Positions 30,401 through 44,439 of a stretch of 64,000 bases of DNA are shown in pieces. The stretch spans positions 21,452,001 to 21,516,000 of the forward strand of contig OZ024764.1 in assembly GCA_964016885.1 (NCBI GenBank), given 5' to 3'. The number at the start of each line of letters is the position of its first letter. Position 1 is the stretch's first letter. The notes under the pieces were generated by a model. It was not told the origin of the DNA and ran no database searches. It was given only the letters and a program-made list of their open reading frames with translations. The position numbers and the translations under genes were made by a program. The stretch is from Eledone cirrhosa. Taxonomy: Eukaryota.

Positions 30401-31929
30401 ATAACTACTTTTATCAGTCAGTTTAATCTAATGTCACTAATAACTACTTTTATCAGTCAGTTTAATCTAATGTCACTAATAACTACTTTTATCAGTCAGT
30501 TTAATCTAATGTCACTAATAACTACTTTTATCAGTCAGTTTAATCTAATGTCACTAATAACTACTTTTATCAGTCAGTTTAATCTAATGTCACTAATAAC
30601 TACTTTTATCAGTCAGTTCAATCTAATGTCACTAATAACTACTTTTATCAGTCAGTATAATCTAATGTCACTAATAACTACTTTTATCAGTCAGTTTAAT
30701 CTAATGTAATAACTACTTTTATCAGTCAGTTTAATCTAATGTCACTAATAACTACTTTTATCAGTCAGTTTAATCTAATGTCACTAATAACTACTTTTAT
30801 CAGTCAGTTTAATCTAATGTCACTAATAACTACTTTTATCAGTCAGTTTAATCTAATGTAATAACTACTTTTATCAGTCAGTTTAATCTAATGTCACTAA
30901 TAACTACTTTTATCAGTCAGTATAATCTAATGTCACTAATAACTACTTTTATCAGTCAGTATAATCTAATGTCACTAATAACTACTTTTATCAGTCAGTA
31001 TAATCTAATGTCACTAATAACTACTTTTATCAGTCAGTATAATCTAATGTCACTAATAACTACTTTTATCAGTCAGTTTAATCTAATGTCACTAATAACT
31101 ACTTTTATCAGTCAGTTTAATCTAATGTAATAACTACTTTTATCAGTCAGTATAATCTAATGTCACTAATAACTACTTTTATCAGTCAGTATAATCTAAT
31201 GTCACTAATAACTACTTTTATCAGTCAGTATAATCTAATGTCACTAATAACTACTTTTATCAGTCAGTATAATCTAATGTCACTAATAACTACTTTTATC
31301 AGTCAGTTTAATCTAATGTCACTAATAACTACTTTTATCAGTCAGTTTAATCTAATGTCACTAATAACTACTTTTATCAGTCATTTTAATCTAATGTCAT
31401 TAATAACTACGTTTATCAGTCAGTTTAATCTAATGTCACTAATAACTACTTTTATCAGTCAGTTCAATCTAATGTCACTAATAACTACTTTTATCAGTCA
31501 GTATAATCTAATGTCACTAATAACTACTTTTATCAGTCAGTTTAATCTAATGTAATAACTACTTTTATCAGTCAGTTTAATCTAATGTCACTAATAACTA
31601 CTTTTATCAGTCAGTTTAATCTAATGTCACTAATAACTACTTTTATCAGTCAGTTCAATCTAATGTCACTAATAACTACTTTTATCAGTCAGTTTAATCT
31701 AATGTAATAACTACTTTTATCAGTCAGTTTAATCTAATGTCACTAATAACTACTTTTATCAGTCAGTTTAATCTAATGTCACTAATAACTACTTTTATCA
31801 GTCAGTTCAATCTAATGTCACTAATAACTACTTTTATCAGTCAGTATAATCTAATGTCACTAATAACTACTTTTATCAGTCAGTATAATCTAATGTCACT
31901 AATAACTACTTTTATCAGTCAGTTTAATC

Positions 31930-34900
31930 TAATGTAATAACTACTTTTATCAGTCAGTTTAATCTAATGTCACTAATAACTACTTTTATCAGTCAGTTTA
32001 ATCTAATGTCACTAATAACTACTTTTATCAGTCAGTTTAATCTAATGTAACAACTACTTTTATCAGTCAGTTTAATCTAATGTCACTAATAACTACTTTT
32101 ATCAGTCAGTATAATCTAATGTCACTAATAACTACTTTTATCAGTCAGTTTAATCTAATGTAATAACTACTTTTATCAGTCAGTATAATCTAATGTCACT
32201 AATAACTACTTTTATCAGTCAGTATAATCTAATGTCACTAATAACTACTTTTATCAGTCAGTATAATCTAATGTCACTAATAACTACTTTTATCAGTCAG
32301 TATAATCTAATGTCACTAATAACTACTTTTATCAGTCAGTATAATCTAATGTCACTAATAACTACTTTTATCAGTCAGTTTAATCTAATGTCACTAATAA
32401 CTACTTTTATCAGTCAGTTTAATCTAATGTAATAACTACTTTTATCAGTCAGTATAATCTAATGTCACTAATAACTACTTTTATCAGTCAGTATAATCTA
32501 ATGTCACTAATAACTACTTTTATCAGTCAGTATAATCTAATGTCACTAATAACTACTTTTATCAGTCAGTATAATCTAATGTCACTAATAACTACTTTTA
32601 TCAGTCAGTTTAATCTAATGTCACTAATAACTACTTTTATCAGTCAGTATAATCTAATGTCACTAATAACTACTTTTATCAGTCAGTATAATCTAATGTC
32701 ACTAATAACTACTTTTATCAGTCAGTTTAATCTAATGTCACTAATAACTACTTTTATCAGTCAGTTTAATCTACTGCCACTAATAACTACTTTTATCAGT
32801 CAGTTTAATCTAATGTCACTAATAACTACTTTTATCAGTCAGTTTAATCTAATGTCACTAATAACTACTTTTATCAGTCAGTATAATCTAATGTCACTAA
32901 TAACTACTTTTATCAGTCAGTATAATCTAATGTCACTAATAACTACTTTTATCAGTCAGTTTAATCTAATGTAATAACTACTTTTATCAGTCAGTATAAT
33001 CTAATGTCACTAATAACTACTTTTAGCAGTCAGTATAATCTAATGTCATTAATAACTACTTTTATCAGTCAGTATAATCTAATGTCACTAATAACTACTT
33101 TTATCAGTCAGTATAATCTAATGTCACTAATAACTACTTTTATCAGTCAGTTTTATCTAATGTCACTAATAACTACTTTTATCAGTCAGTTTAATCTAAT
33201 GTAATAACTACTTTTATCAGTCAGTATTATCTAATGTCACTAATAACTACTTTTATCAGTCAGTATAATCTAATGTCACTAATAACTACTTTTATCAGTC
33301 AGTTTAATCTAATGTCACTAATAACTACTTTTATCAGTCAGTTTAATCTACTGCCACTAATAACTACTTTTATCAGTCAGTTTAATCTAATGTCACTAAT
33401 AACTACTTTTATCAGTCAGTTTAATCTAATGTCACTAATAACTACTTTTATCAGTCAGTTTAATCTAATGTCACTAATAACTACTTTTATCAGTCAGTTT
33501 AATCTAATGTCGCTAATAACTACTTTTATCAGTCAGTTTAATCTAATGTCACTAATAACTACTTTTATCAGTCAGTATAATCTAATGTCACTAATAACTA
33601 CTTTTATCAGTCAGTATAATCTAATGTCACTAATAACTACTTTTATCAGTCAGTTTAATCTAATGTAATAACTACTTTTATCAGTCAGTTTTAATCTAAT
33701 GTCACTAATAACTACTTTTATCAGTCAGTTTAATCTAATGTAATAACTACTTTTATCAGTCAGTATAATCTAATGTCACTAATAACTACTTTTATCAGTC
33801 AGTTTAATCTAATGTAATTACTTTTATCAGTCAGTATAATCTAATGTCACTAATAACTACTTTTATCAGTCAGTATAATCTAATGTCACTAATAACTACT
33901 TTTATCAGTCAGTTTAATCTAATGTCACTAATAACTACTTTTATCAGTCAGTTTAATCTAACGTCACTAATAACTACTTTTATCAGTCAGTTTAATCTAA
34001 TGTCACTAATAACTACTTTTATCAGTCAGTTTAATCTAATGTCACTAATAACTACTTTTATCAGTCAGTTTAATCTAATGTCACTAATAACTACTTTTAT
34101 CAGTCAGTTTAATCTAATGTCACTAATAACTACTTTTATCAGTCAGTTTAATCTAATGTCACTAATAACTACTTTTATCAGTCAGTTCAATCTAATGTCA
34201 CTAATAACTACTTTTATCAGTCAGTATAATCTAATGTCACTAATAACTACTTTTATCAGTCAGTTTAATCTAATGTAATAACTACTTTTATCAGTCAGTT
34301 TAATCTAGTGTCACTAATAACTACTTTTATCAGTCAGTTTAATCTAATGTAATAACTACTTTTATCAGTCAGTATAATCTAATGTCACTAATAACTACTT
34401 TTATCAGTCAGTATAATCTAATGTCACTAATAACTACTTTTATCAGTCAGTATAATCTAATGTAATAACTACTTTTATCAGTCAGTATAATCTAATGTCA
34501 CTAATAACTACTTTTATCAGTCAGTATAATCTAATGTAATAACTACTTTTATCAGTCAGTATAATCTAATGTCACTAATAACTACTTTTATCAGTCAGTA
34601 TAATCTAATGTCACTAATAACTACTTTTATCAGTCAGTATAATCTAATGTCACTAATAACTACTTTTATCAGTCAGTTTAATCTAATGTCACTAATAACT
34701 ACTTTTATCAGTCAGTATAATCTAATGTAATAACTACTTTTATCAGTCAGTATAATCTAATGTCACTAATAACTACTTTTATCAGTCAGTATAATCTAAT
34801 GTCACTAATAACTACTTTTATCAGTCAGTATAATCTAATGTCACTAATAACTACTTTTATCAGTCAGTTTAATCTAATGTCACTAATAACTACTTTTATC

Positions 34901-37800
34901 AGTCAGTTCAATCTAATGTCACTAATAACTACTTTTATCAGTCAGTATAATCTAATGTCACTAATAACTACTTTTATCAGTCAGTTTAATCTAATGTCAC
35001 TAATAACTACTTTTATCAGTCAGTTTAATCTAATGTCACTAATAACTACTTTTATCAGTCAGTTTAATCTAATGTCACTAATAACTACTTTTATCAGTCA
35101 GTTTAATCTAATGTCACTAATAACTACTTTTATCAGTCAGTTTAATCTAATGTCACTAATAACTACTTTTATCAGTCAGTTCAATCTAATGTCACTAATA
35201 ACTACTTTTATCAGTCAGTATAATCTAATGTCACTAATAACTACTTTTATCAGTCAGTTTAATCTAATGTAATAACTACTTTTATCAGTCAGTTTAATCT
35301 AATGTCACTAATAACTACTTTTATCAGTCAGTTTAATCTAATGTCACTAATAACTACTTTTATCAGTCAGTTTAATCTAATGTCACTAATAACTACTTTT
35401 ATCAGTCAGTTTAATCTAATGTAACAACTACTTTTATCAGTCAGTTTAATCTAATGTCACTAATAACTACTTTTATCAGTCAGTATAATCTAATGTCACT
35501 AATAACTACTTTTATCAGTCAGTTTAATCTAATGTAATAACTACTTTTATCAGTCAGTATAATCTAATGTCACTAATAACTACTTTTATCAGTCAGTATA
35601 ATCTAATGTCACTAATAACTACTTTTATCAGTCAGTATAATCTAATGTCACTAATAACTACTTTTATCAGTCAGTATAATCTAATGTCACTAATAACTAC
35701 TTTTATCAGTCAGTATAATCTAATGTCACTAATAACTACTTTTATCAGTCAGTTTAATCTAATGTCACTAATAACTACTTTTATCAGTCAGTTTAATCTA
35801 ATGTAATAACTACTTTTATCAGTCAGTATAATCTAATGTCACTAATAACTACTTTTATCAGTCAGTATAATCTAATGTCACTAATAACTACTTTTATCAG
35901 TCAGTATAATCTAATGTCACTAATAACTACTTTTATCAGTCAGTATAATCTAATGTCACTAATAACTACTTTTATCAGTCAGTTTAATCTAATGTCACTA
36001 ATAACTACTTTTATCAGTCAGTATAATCTAATGTCACTAATAACTACTTTTATCAGTCAGTATAATCTAATGTCACTAATAACTACTTTTATCAGTCAGT
36101 TTAATCTAATGTCACTAATAACTACTTTTATCAGTCAGTTTAATCTACTGCCACTAATAACTACTTTTATCAGTCAGTTTAATCTAATGTCACTAATAAC
36201 TACTTTTATCAGTCAGTTTAATCTAATGTCACTAATAACTACTTTTATCAGTCAGTATAATCTAATGTCACTAATAACTACTTTTATCAGTCAGTATAAT
36301 CTAATGTCACTAATAACTACTTTTATCAGTCAGTTTAATCTAATGTAATAACTACTTTTATCAGTCAGTATAATCTAATGTCACTAATAACTACTTTTAG
36401 CAGTCAGTATAATCTAATGTCATTAATAACTACTTTTATCAGTCAGTATAATCTAATGTCACTAATAACTACTTTTATCAGTCAGTATAATCTAATGTCA
36501 CTAATAACTACTTTTATCAGTCAGTTTTATCTAATGTCACTAATAACTACTTTTATCAGTCAGTTTAATCTAATGTAATAACTACTTTTATCAGTCAGTA
36601 TTATCTAATGTCACTAATAACTACTTTTATCAGTCAGTATAATCTAATGTCACTAATAACTACTTTTATCAGTCAGTTTAATCTAATGTCACTAATAACT
36701 ACTTTTATCAGTCAGTTTAATCTACTGCCACTAATAACTACTTTTATCAGTCAGTTTAATCTAATGTCACTAATAACTACTTTTATCAGTCAGTTTAATC
36801 TAATGTCACTAATAACTACTTTTATCAGTCAGTTTAATCTAATGTCACTAATAACTACTTTTATCAGTCAGTTTTAATCTAATGTCGCTAATAACTACTT
36901 TTATCAGTCAGTTTAATCTAATGTCACTAATAACTACTTTTATCAGTCAGTATAATCTAATGTCACTAATAACTACTTTTATCAGTCAGTATAATCTAAT
37001 GTCACTAATAACTACTTTTATCAGTCAGTTTAATCTAATGTAATAACTACTTTTATCAGTCAGTTTTAATCTAATGTCACTAATAACTACTTTTATCAGT
37101 CAGTTTAATCTAATGTAATAACTACTTTTATCAGTCAGTATAATCTAATGTCACTAATAACTACTTTTATCAGTCAGTTTAATCTAATGTAATTACTTTT
37201 ATCAGTCAGTATAATCTAATGTCACTAATAACTACTTTTATCAGTCAGTATAATCTAATGTCACTAATAACTACTTTTATCAGTCAGTTTAATCTAATGT
37301 CACTAATAACTACTTTTATCAGTCAGTTTAATCTAATGTCACTAATAACTACTTTTATCAGTCAGTTTAATCTAACGTCACTAATAACTACTTTTATCAG
37401 TCAGTTTAATCTAATGTCACTAATAACTACTTTTATCAGTCAGTTTAATCTAATGTCACTAATAACTACTTTTATCAGTCAGTTTAATCTAATGTCACTA
37501 ATAACTACTTTTATCAGTCAGTTTAATCTAATGTCACTAATAACTACTTTTATCAGTCAGTTTAATCTAATGTCACTAATAACTACTTTTATCAGTCAGT
37601 TCAATCTAATGTCACTAATAACTACTTTTATCAGTCAGTATAATCTAATGTCACTAATAACTACTTTTATCAGTCAGTTTAATCTAATGTAATAACTACT
37701 TTTATCAGTCAGTTTAATCTAGTGTCACTAATAACTACTTTTATCAGTCAGTTTAATCTAATGTAATAACTACTTTTATCAGTCAGTATAATCTAATGTC
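31930..37800. repeat. 3374-bp-offset duplication (~2.4 kb of matching sequence per copy)
   Basis: Marker pairs 32045/35419 (GTAACAAC), 32193/35567, 32462/35836, 33004/36378 and 33234/36608. Confidence 0.88.
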
Positions 37801-40800
37801 ACTAATAACTACTTTTATCAGTCAGTATAATCTAATGTCACTAATAACTACTTTTATCAGTCAGTTCAATCTAATGTCACTAATAACTACTTTTATCAGT
37901 CAGTTCAATCTAATGTCACTAATAACTACTTTTATCAGTCAGTATAATCTAATGTCACTAATAACTACTTTTATCAGTCAGTTTAATCTAATGTAATAAC
38001 TACTTTTATCAGTCAGTTTAATCTAGTGTCACTAATAACTACTTTTATCAGTCAGTTTAATCTAATGTAATAACTACTTTTATCAGTCAGTATAATCTAA
38101 TGTCACTAATAACTACTTTTATCAGTCAGTATAATCTAATGTAATAACTACTTTTATCAGTCAGTATAATCTAATGTCACTAATAACTACTTTTATCAGT
38201 CAGTATAATCTAATGTCACTAATAACTACTTTTATCAGTCAGTATAATCTAATGTCACTAATAACTACTTTTATCAGTCAGTATAATCTACTGCCACTAA
38301 TAACTACTTTTATCAGTCAGTTTAATCTACTGCCACTAATAACTACTTTTATCAGTCAGTTTAATCTAATGTCACTAATAACTACTTTTATCAGTCAGTT
38401 TAATCTAATGTCACTAATAACTACTTTTATCAGTCAGTTTAATCTAATGTCACTAATAACTACTTTTATCAGTCAGTTTAATCTAATGTCACTAATAACT
38501 ACTTTTATCAGTCAGTTTAATCTAATGTCACTAATAACTACTTTCATCAGTCAGTTTAATCTAATGTCACTAATAACTACTTTTATCAGTCAGTTTAATC
38601 TACTGCCACTAATAACTACTTTTATCAGTCAGTATAATCTAATGTCACTAATAACTACTTTTATCAGTCAGTTTAATCTACTGCCACTAATAACTACTTT
38701 TATCAGTCAGTATAATCTAATGTCACTAATAACTACTTTTATCAGTCAGTATAATCTACTGCCACTAATAACTACTTTTATCAATCTGTTTAATCTAATG
38801 TCACTAATAACTACTTTTATCGGTCAGTTTAATCTAATGTAATAACTACTTTTATCAGTCAGTTTAATCTAATGTCACTAATAACTACTTTTATCAGTCA
38901 GTTTAATCTAATGTCACTAATAACTACTTTTATCAGTCAGTTTAATCTAATGTAATAACTACTTTTATCAGTCAGTTTAATCTAATGTAATAACTACTTT
39001 TATCAGTCAGTTTAATCTAATGTCACTAATAACTACTTTTATCAGTCAGTTTAATCTAATGTCACTAATAACTACTTTTATCAGTCAGTTTAATCTAATG
39101 TCACTAATAACTACTTTTATCAGTCAGTTCAATCTAATGTCACTAATAACTACTTTTATCAGTCAGTATAATCTAATGTCACTAATAACTACTTTTATCA
39201 GTCAGTTTAATCTAATGTAATAACTACTTTTATCAGTCAGTATAATCTAATGTCACTAATAACTACTTTTATCAGTCAGTTTAATCTAATGTCACTAATA
39301 ACTACTTTTATCAGTCAGTTTAATCTAATGTCACTAATAACTACTTTTATCAGTCAGTTTAATCTAATGTCACTAATAACTACTTTTATCAGTCAGTTTA
39401 ATCTAATGTAATAACTACTTTTATCAGTCAGTTTTAATCTAATGTCACTAATAACTACTTTTATCAGTCAGTTTAATCTAATGTCACTAATAACTACTTT
39501 TATCAGTCAGTTTAATCTAATGTCACTAATAACTACTTTTATCAGTCAGTTTAATCTAATGTAATAACTACTTTTATCAGTCAGTTTAATCTAATGCCAC
39601 TAATAACTACTTTTATCAGTCAGTTTAATCTAATGTCACTAATAACTACTTTTATCAGCCAGTTTAATCTAATGTCACTAATAACTACTTTTATCAGTCA
39701 GTTTAATCTAATGTCACTAATTAGCTCTTTTATCAGTCAGTTTAATCTAATGTCACTAATAACTACTTTTATCAGTCAGTTTAATCTAATGTCACTAATA
39801 ACTACTTTTATCAGTCAGTTTAATCTAATGTCACTAATAACTACTTTTATCAGTCAGTTCAATCTAATGTCACTAATAACTACTTTTATCAGTCAGTATA
39901 ATGTAATGTCACTAATAACTACTTTTATCAGTCAGTTTAATCTAATGTCACTAATAACTACTTTTATCAGTCAGTTTAATCTAATGTCACTAATTAGCTC
40001 TTTTATCAGTCAGTTTAATCTAATGTCACTAATAACTACTTTTATCAGTCAGTTTAATCTAATCTCACTAATAACTACTTTTATCAGTCAGTTTAATCTA
40101 ATGTCACTAATAACTACTTTTATCAGTCAGTTTAATCTAATGTCACTAATAACTACTTTTATCAGTCAGTTTAATCTAATGTCACTAATAACTACTTTTA
40201 TCAGTCAGTTTAATCTAATGTCACTAATAACTACTTTTATCAGTCAGTTTAATCTAATGTTACTAATAACTACTTTTATCAGTCAGTTTAATCTAATGTC
40301 ACTAATAACTACTTTTATCAGTCAGTTCAATCTAATGTCACTAATAACTACTTTTATCAGTCAGTATAATCTAATGTCACTAATAACTACTTTTATCAGT
40401 CAGTTTAATCTAATGTAATAACTACTTTTATCAGTCAGTTTAATCTAATGTCACTAATAACTACTTTTATCAGTCAGTTTAATCTAATGTCACTAATAAC
40501 TACTTTTATCAGTCAGTTTAATCTAATGTCACTAATAACTACTTTTATCAGTCAGTTTAATCTAATGTAATAACTACTTTTATCAGTCAGTATAATCTAA
40601 TGTCACTAATAACTACTTTATCAGTCAGTATAATCTAATGTCACTAATAACTACTTTTATCAGTCAGTTTAATCTAATGTCACTAATAACTACTTTTATC
40701 AGTCAGTTTAATCTACTGCCACTAATAACTACTTTTATCAGTCAGTTTAATCTAATGTCACTAATAACTACTTTTATCAGTCAGTTTAATCTAATGTCAC

Positions 40801-42620
40801 TAATAACTACTTTTATCAGTCAGTTTAATCTAATGTCACTAATAACTACTTTTATCAGTCAGTTTTAATCTAATGTCACTAATAACTACTTTTATCAGTC
40901 AGTTTAATCTAATGTCACTAATAACTACTTTTATCAGTCAGTATAATCTAATGTCACTAATAACTACTTTTATCAGTCAGTATAATCTAATGTCACTAAT
41001 AACTACTTTTATCAGTCAGTTTAATCTAATGTAATAACTACTTTTATCAGTCAGTTTTAATCTAATGTCACTAATAACTACTTTTATCAGTCAGTTTAAT
41101 CTAATGTAATAACTACTTTTATCAGTCAGTATAATCTAATGTCACTAATAACTACTTTTATCAGTCAGTTTAATCTAATGTAATTACTTTTATCAGTCAG
41201 TATAATCTAATGTCACTAATAACTACTTTTATCAGTCAGTATAATCTAATGTCACTAATAACTACTTTTATCAGTCAGTTTAATCTAATGTCACTAATAA
41301 CTACTTTTATCAGTCAGTTTAATCTAATGTCACTAATAACTACTTTTATCAGTCAGTTTAATCTAACGTCACTAATAACTACTTTTATCAGTCAGTTTAA
41401 TCTAATGTCACTAATAACTACTTTTATCAGTCAGTTTAATCTAATGTCACTAATAACTACTTTTATCAGTCAGTTTAATCTAATGTCACTAATAACTACT
41501 TTTATCAGTCAGTTTAATCTAATGTCACTAATAACTACTTTTATCAGTCAGTTTAATCTAATGTCACTAATAACTACTTTTATCAGTCAGTTCAATCTAA
41601 TGTCACTAATAACTACTTTTATCAGTCAGTATAATCTAATGTCACTAATAACTACTTTTATCAGTCAGTTTAATCTAATGTAATAACTACTTTTATCAGT
41701 CAGTTTAATCTAGTGTCACTAATAACTACTTTTATCAGTCAGTTTAATCTAATGTAATAACTACTTTTATCAGTCAGTATAATCTAATGTCACTAATAAC
41801 TACTTTTATCAGTCAGTATAATCTAATGTCACTAATAACTACTTTTATCAGTCAGTTCAATCTAATGTCACTAATAACTACTTTTATCAGTCAGTTCAAT
41901 CTAATGTCACTAATAACTACTTTTATCAGTCAGTATAATCTAATGTCACTAATAACTACTTTTATCAGTCAGTTTAATCTAATGTAATAACTACTTTTAT
42001 CAGTCAGTTTAATCTAGTGTCACTAATAACTACTTTTATCAGTCAGTTTAATCTAATGTAATAACTACTTTTATCAGTCAGTATAATCTAATGTCACTAA
42101 TAACTACTTTTATCAGTCAGTATAATCTAATGTAATAACTACTTTTATCAGTCAGTATAATCTAATGTCACTAATAACTACTTTTATCCGTCAGTATAAT
42201 CTAATGTCACTAATAACTACTTTTATCAGTCAGTATAATCTAATGTCACTAATAACTACTTTTATCAGTCAGTTTAATCTAATGTCACTAATAACTACTT
42301 TTATCAGTCAGTATAATCTACTGCCACTAATAACTACTTTTATCAGTCAGTTTAATCTACTGCCACTAATAACTACTTTTATCAGTCAGTTTAATCTAAT
42401 GTCACTAATAACTACTTTTATCAGTCAGTTTAATCTAATGTCACTAATAACTACTTTTATCAGTCAGTTTAATCTAATGTCACTAATAACTACTTTTATC
42501 AGTCAGTTTAATCTAATGTCACTAATAACTACTTTTATCAGTCAGTTTAATCTAATGTCACTAATAACTACTTTCATCAGTCAGTTTAATCTACTGCCAC
42601 TAATAACTACTTTTATCAAT
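36600..42620. repeat. 3991-bp-offset duplication (~2 kb of matching sequence per copy)
   Basis: 37219/41210, 37796/41787 and 38174/42165 are all offset by 3991. Confidence 0.82.
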
Positions 42621-44439
42621 CAGTTTAATCTAATGTCACTAATAACTACTTTTATCAGTCAGTTTAATCTAATGTAATAACTACTTTTATCAGTCAGTAT
42701 AATCTAATGTCACTAATAACTACTTTTATCAGTCAGTATAATCTACTGCCACTAATAACTACTTTTATCAATCAGTTTAATCTAATGTCACTAATAACTA
42801 CTTTTATCAGTCAGTTTAATCTAATGTAATAACTACTTTTATCAGTCAGTATAATCTAATGTCACTAATAACTACTTTTATCAGTCAGTATAATCTAATG
42901 TCACTAATAATTACTTTTATCAGTCAGTTTAATCTAATGTCACTAATAACTACTTTTATCAGTCAGTTTAATCTACTGCCACTAATAACTACTTTTATCA
43001 GTCAGTATAATCTAATGTCACTAATAACTACTTTTATCAGTCAGTATAATCTAATGTCACTAATAACTACTTTTATCAGTCAGTTTAATCTAATGTCACT
43101 AATAACTACTTTTATCAGTCAGTTTAATCTAATGTCACTAATAACTACTTTTATCAGTCAGTTTAATCTAATGTCACTAATAACTACTTTTATCAGTCAG
43201 TTTTAATCTAATGTCACTAATAACTACTTTTATCAGTCAGTTTAATCTAATGTCACTAATAACTACTTTTATCAGTCAGTATAATCTAATGTCACTAATA
43301 ACTACTTTTATCAGTCAGTATAATCTAATGTCACTAATAACTACTTTTATCAGTCAGTTTAATCTAATGTAATAACTACTTTTATCAGTCAGTTTTAATC
43401 TAATGTCACTAATAACTACTTTTATCAGTGAGTTTAATCTAATGTAATAACTACTTTTATCAGTCAGTATAATCTAATGTCACTAATAACTACTTTTATC
43501 AGTCAGTTTAATCTAATGTAATTACTTTTATCAGTCAGTATAATCTAATGTCACTAATAACTACTTTTATCAGTCAGTATAATCTAATGTCACTAATAAC
43601 TACTTTTATCAGTCAGTTTAATCTAATGTCACTAATAACTACTTTTATCAGTCAGTTTAATCTAATGTCACTAATAACTACTTTTATCAGTCAGTTTAAT
43701 CTAACGTCACTAATAACTACTTTTATCAGTCAGTTTAATCTAATGTCACTAATAACTACTTTTATCAGTCAGTTTAATCTAATGTCACTAATAACTACTT
43801 TTATCAGTCAGTTTAATCTAATGTCACTAATAACTACTTTTATCAGTCAGTTTAATCTAATGTCACTAATAACTACTTTTATCAGTCAGTTTAATCTAAT
43901 GTCACTAATAACTACTTTTATCAGTCATTTTAATCTAATGTCACTAATAACTACGTTTATCAGTCAGTTTAATCTAATGTCACTAATAACTACTTTTATC
44001 AGTCAGTTCAATCTAATGTCACTAATAACTACTTTTATCAGTCAGTATAATCTAATATCACTATTAACTACTTTTATCAGTCAGTTTAATCTAATGTAAT
44101 AACTACTTTTATCAGTCAGTTTAATCTAATGTCACTAATAACTACTTTTATCAGGCAGTTTAATCTAATGTCACTAATAACTACTTTTATCAGTCAGTTT
44201 AATCTAATGTCACTAATAACTACTTTTATCAGTCAGTTTAATCTAATGTCACTAATAACTACTTTTATCAGTCAGTTTAATCTAATGTCACTAATAACTA
44301 CTTTTATCAGTCAGTTTAATCTAATGTCACTAATAACTACTTTTATCAGTCAGTTCAATCTAATGTCACTAATAACTACTTTTATCAGTCAGTATAATCT
44401 AATGTCACTAATAACTACTTTTATCAGTCAGTTTAATCT

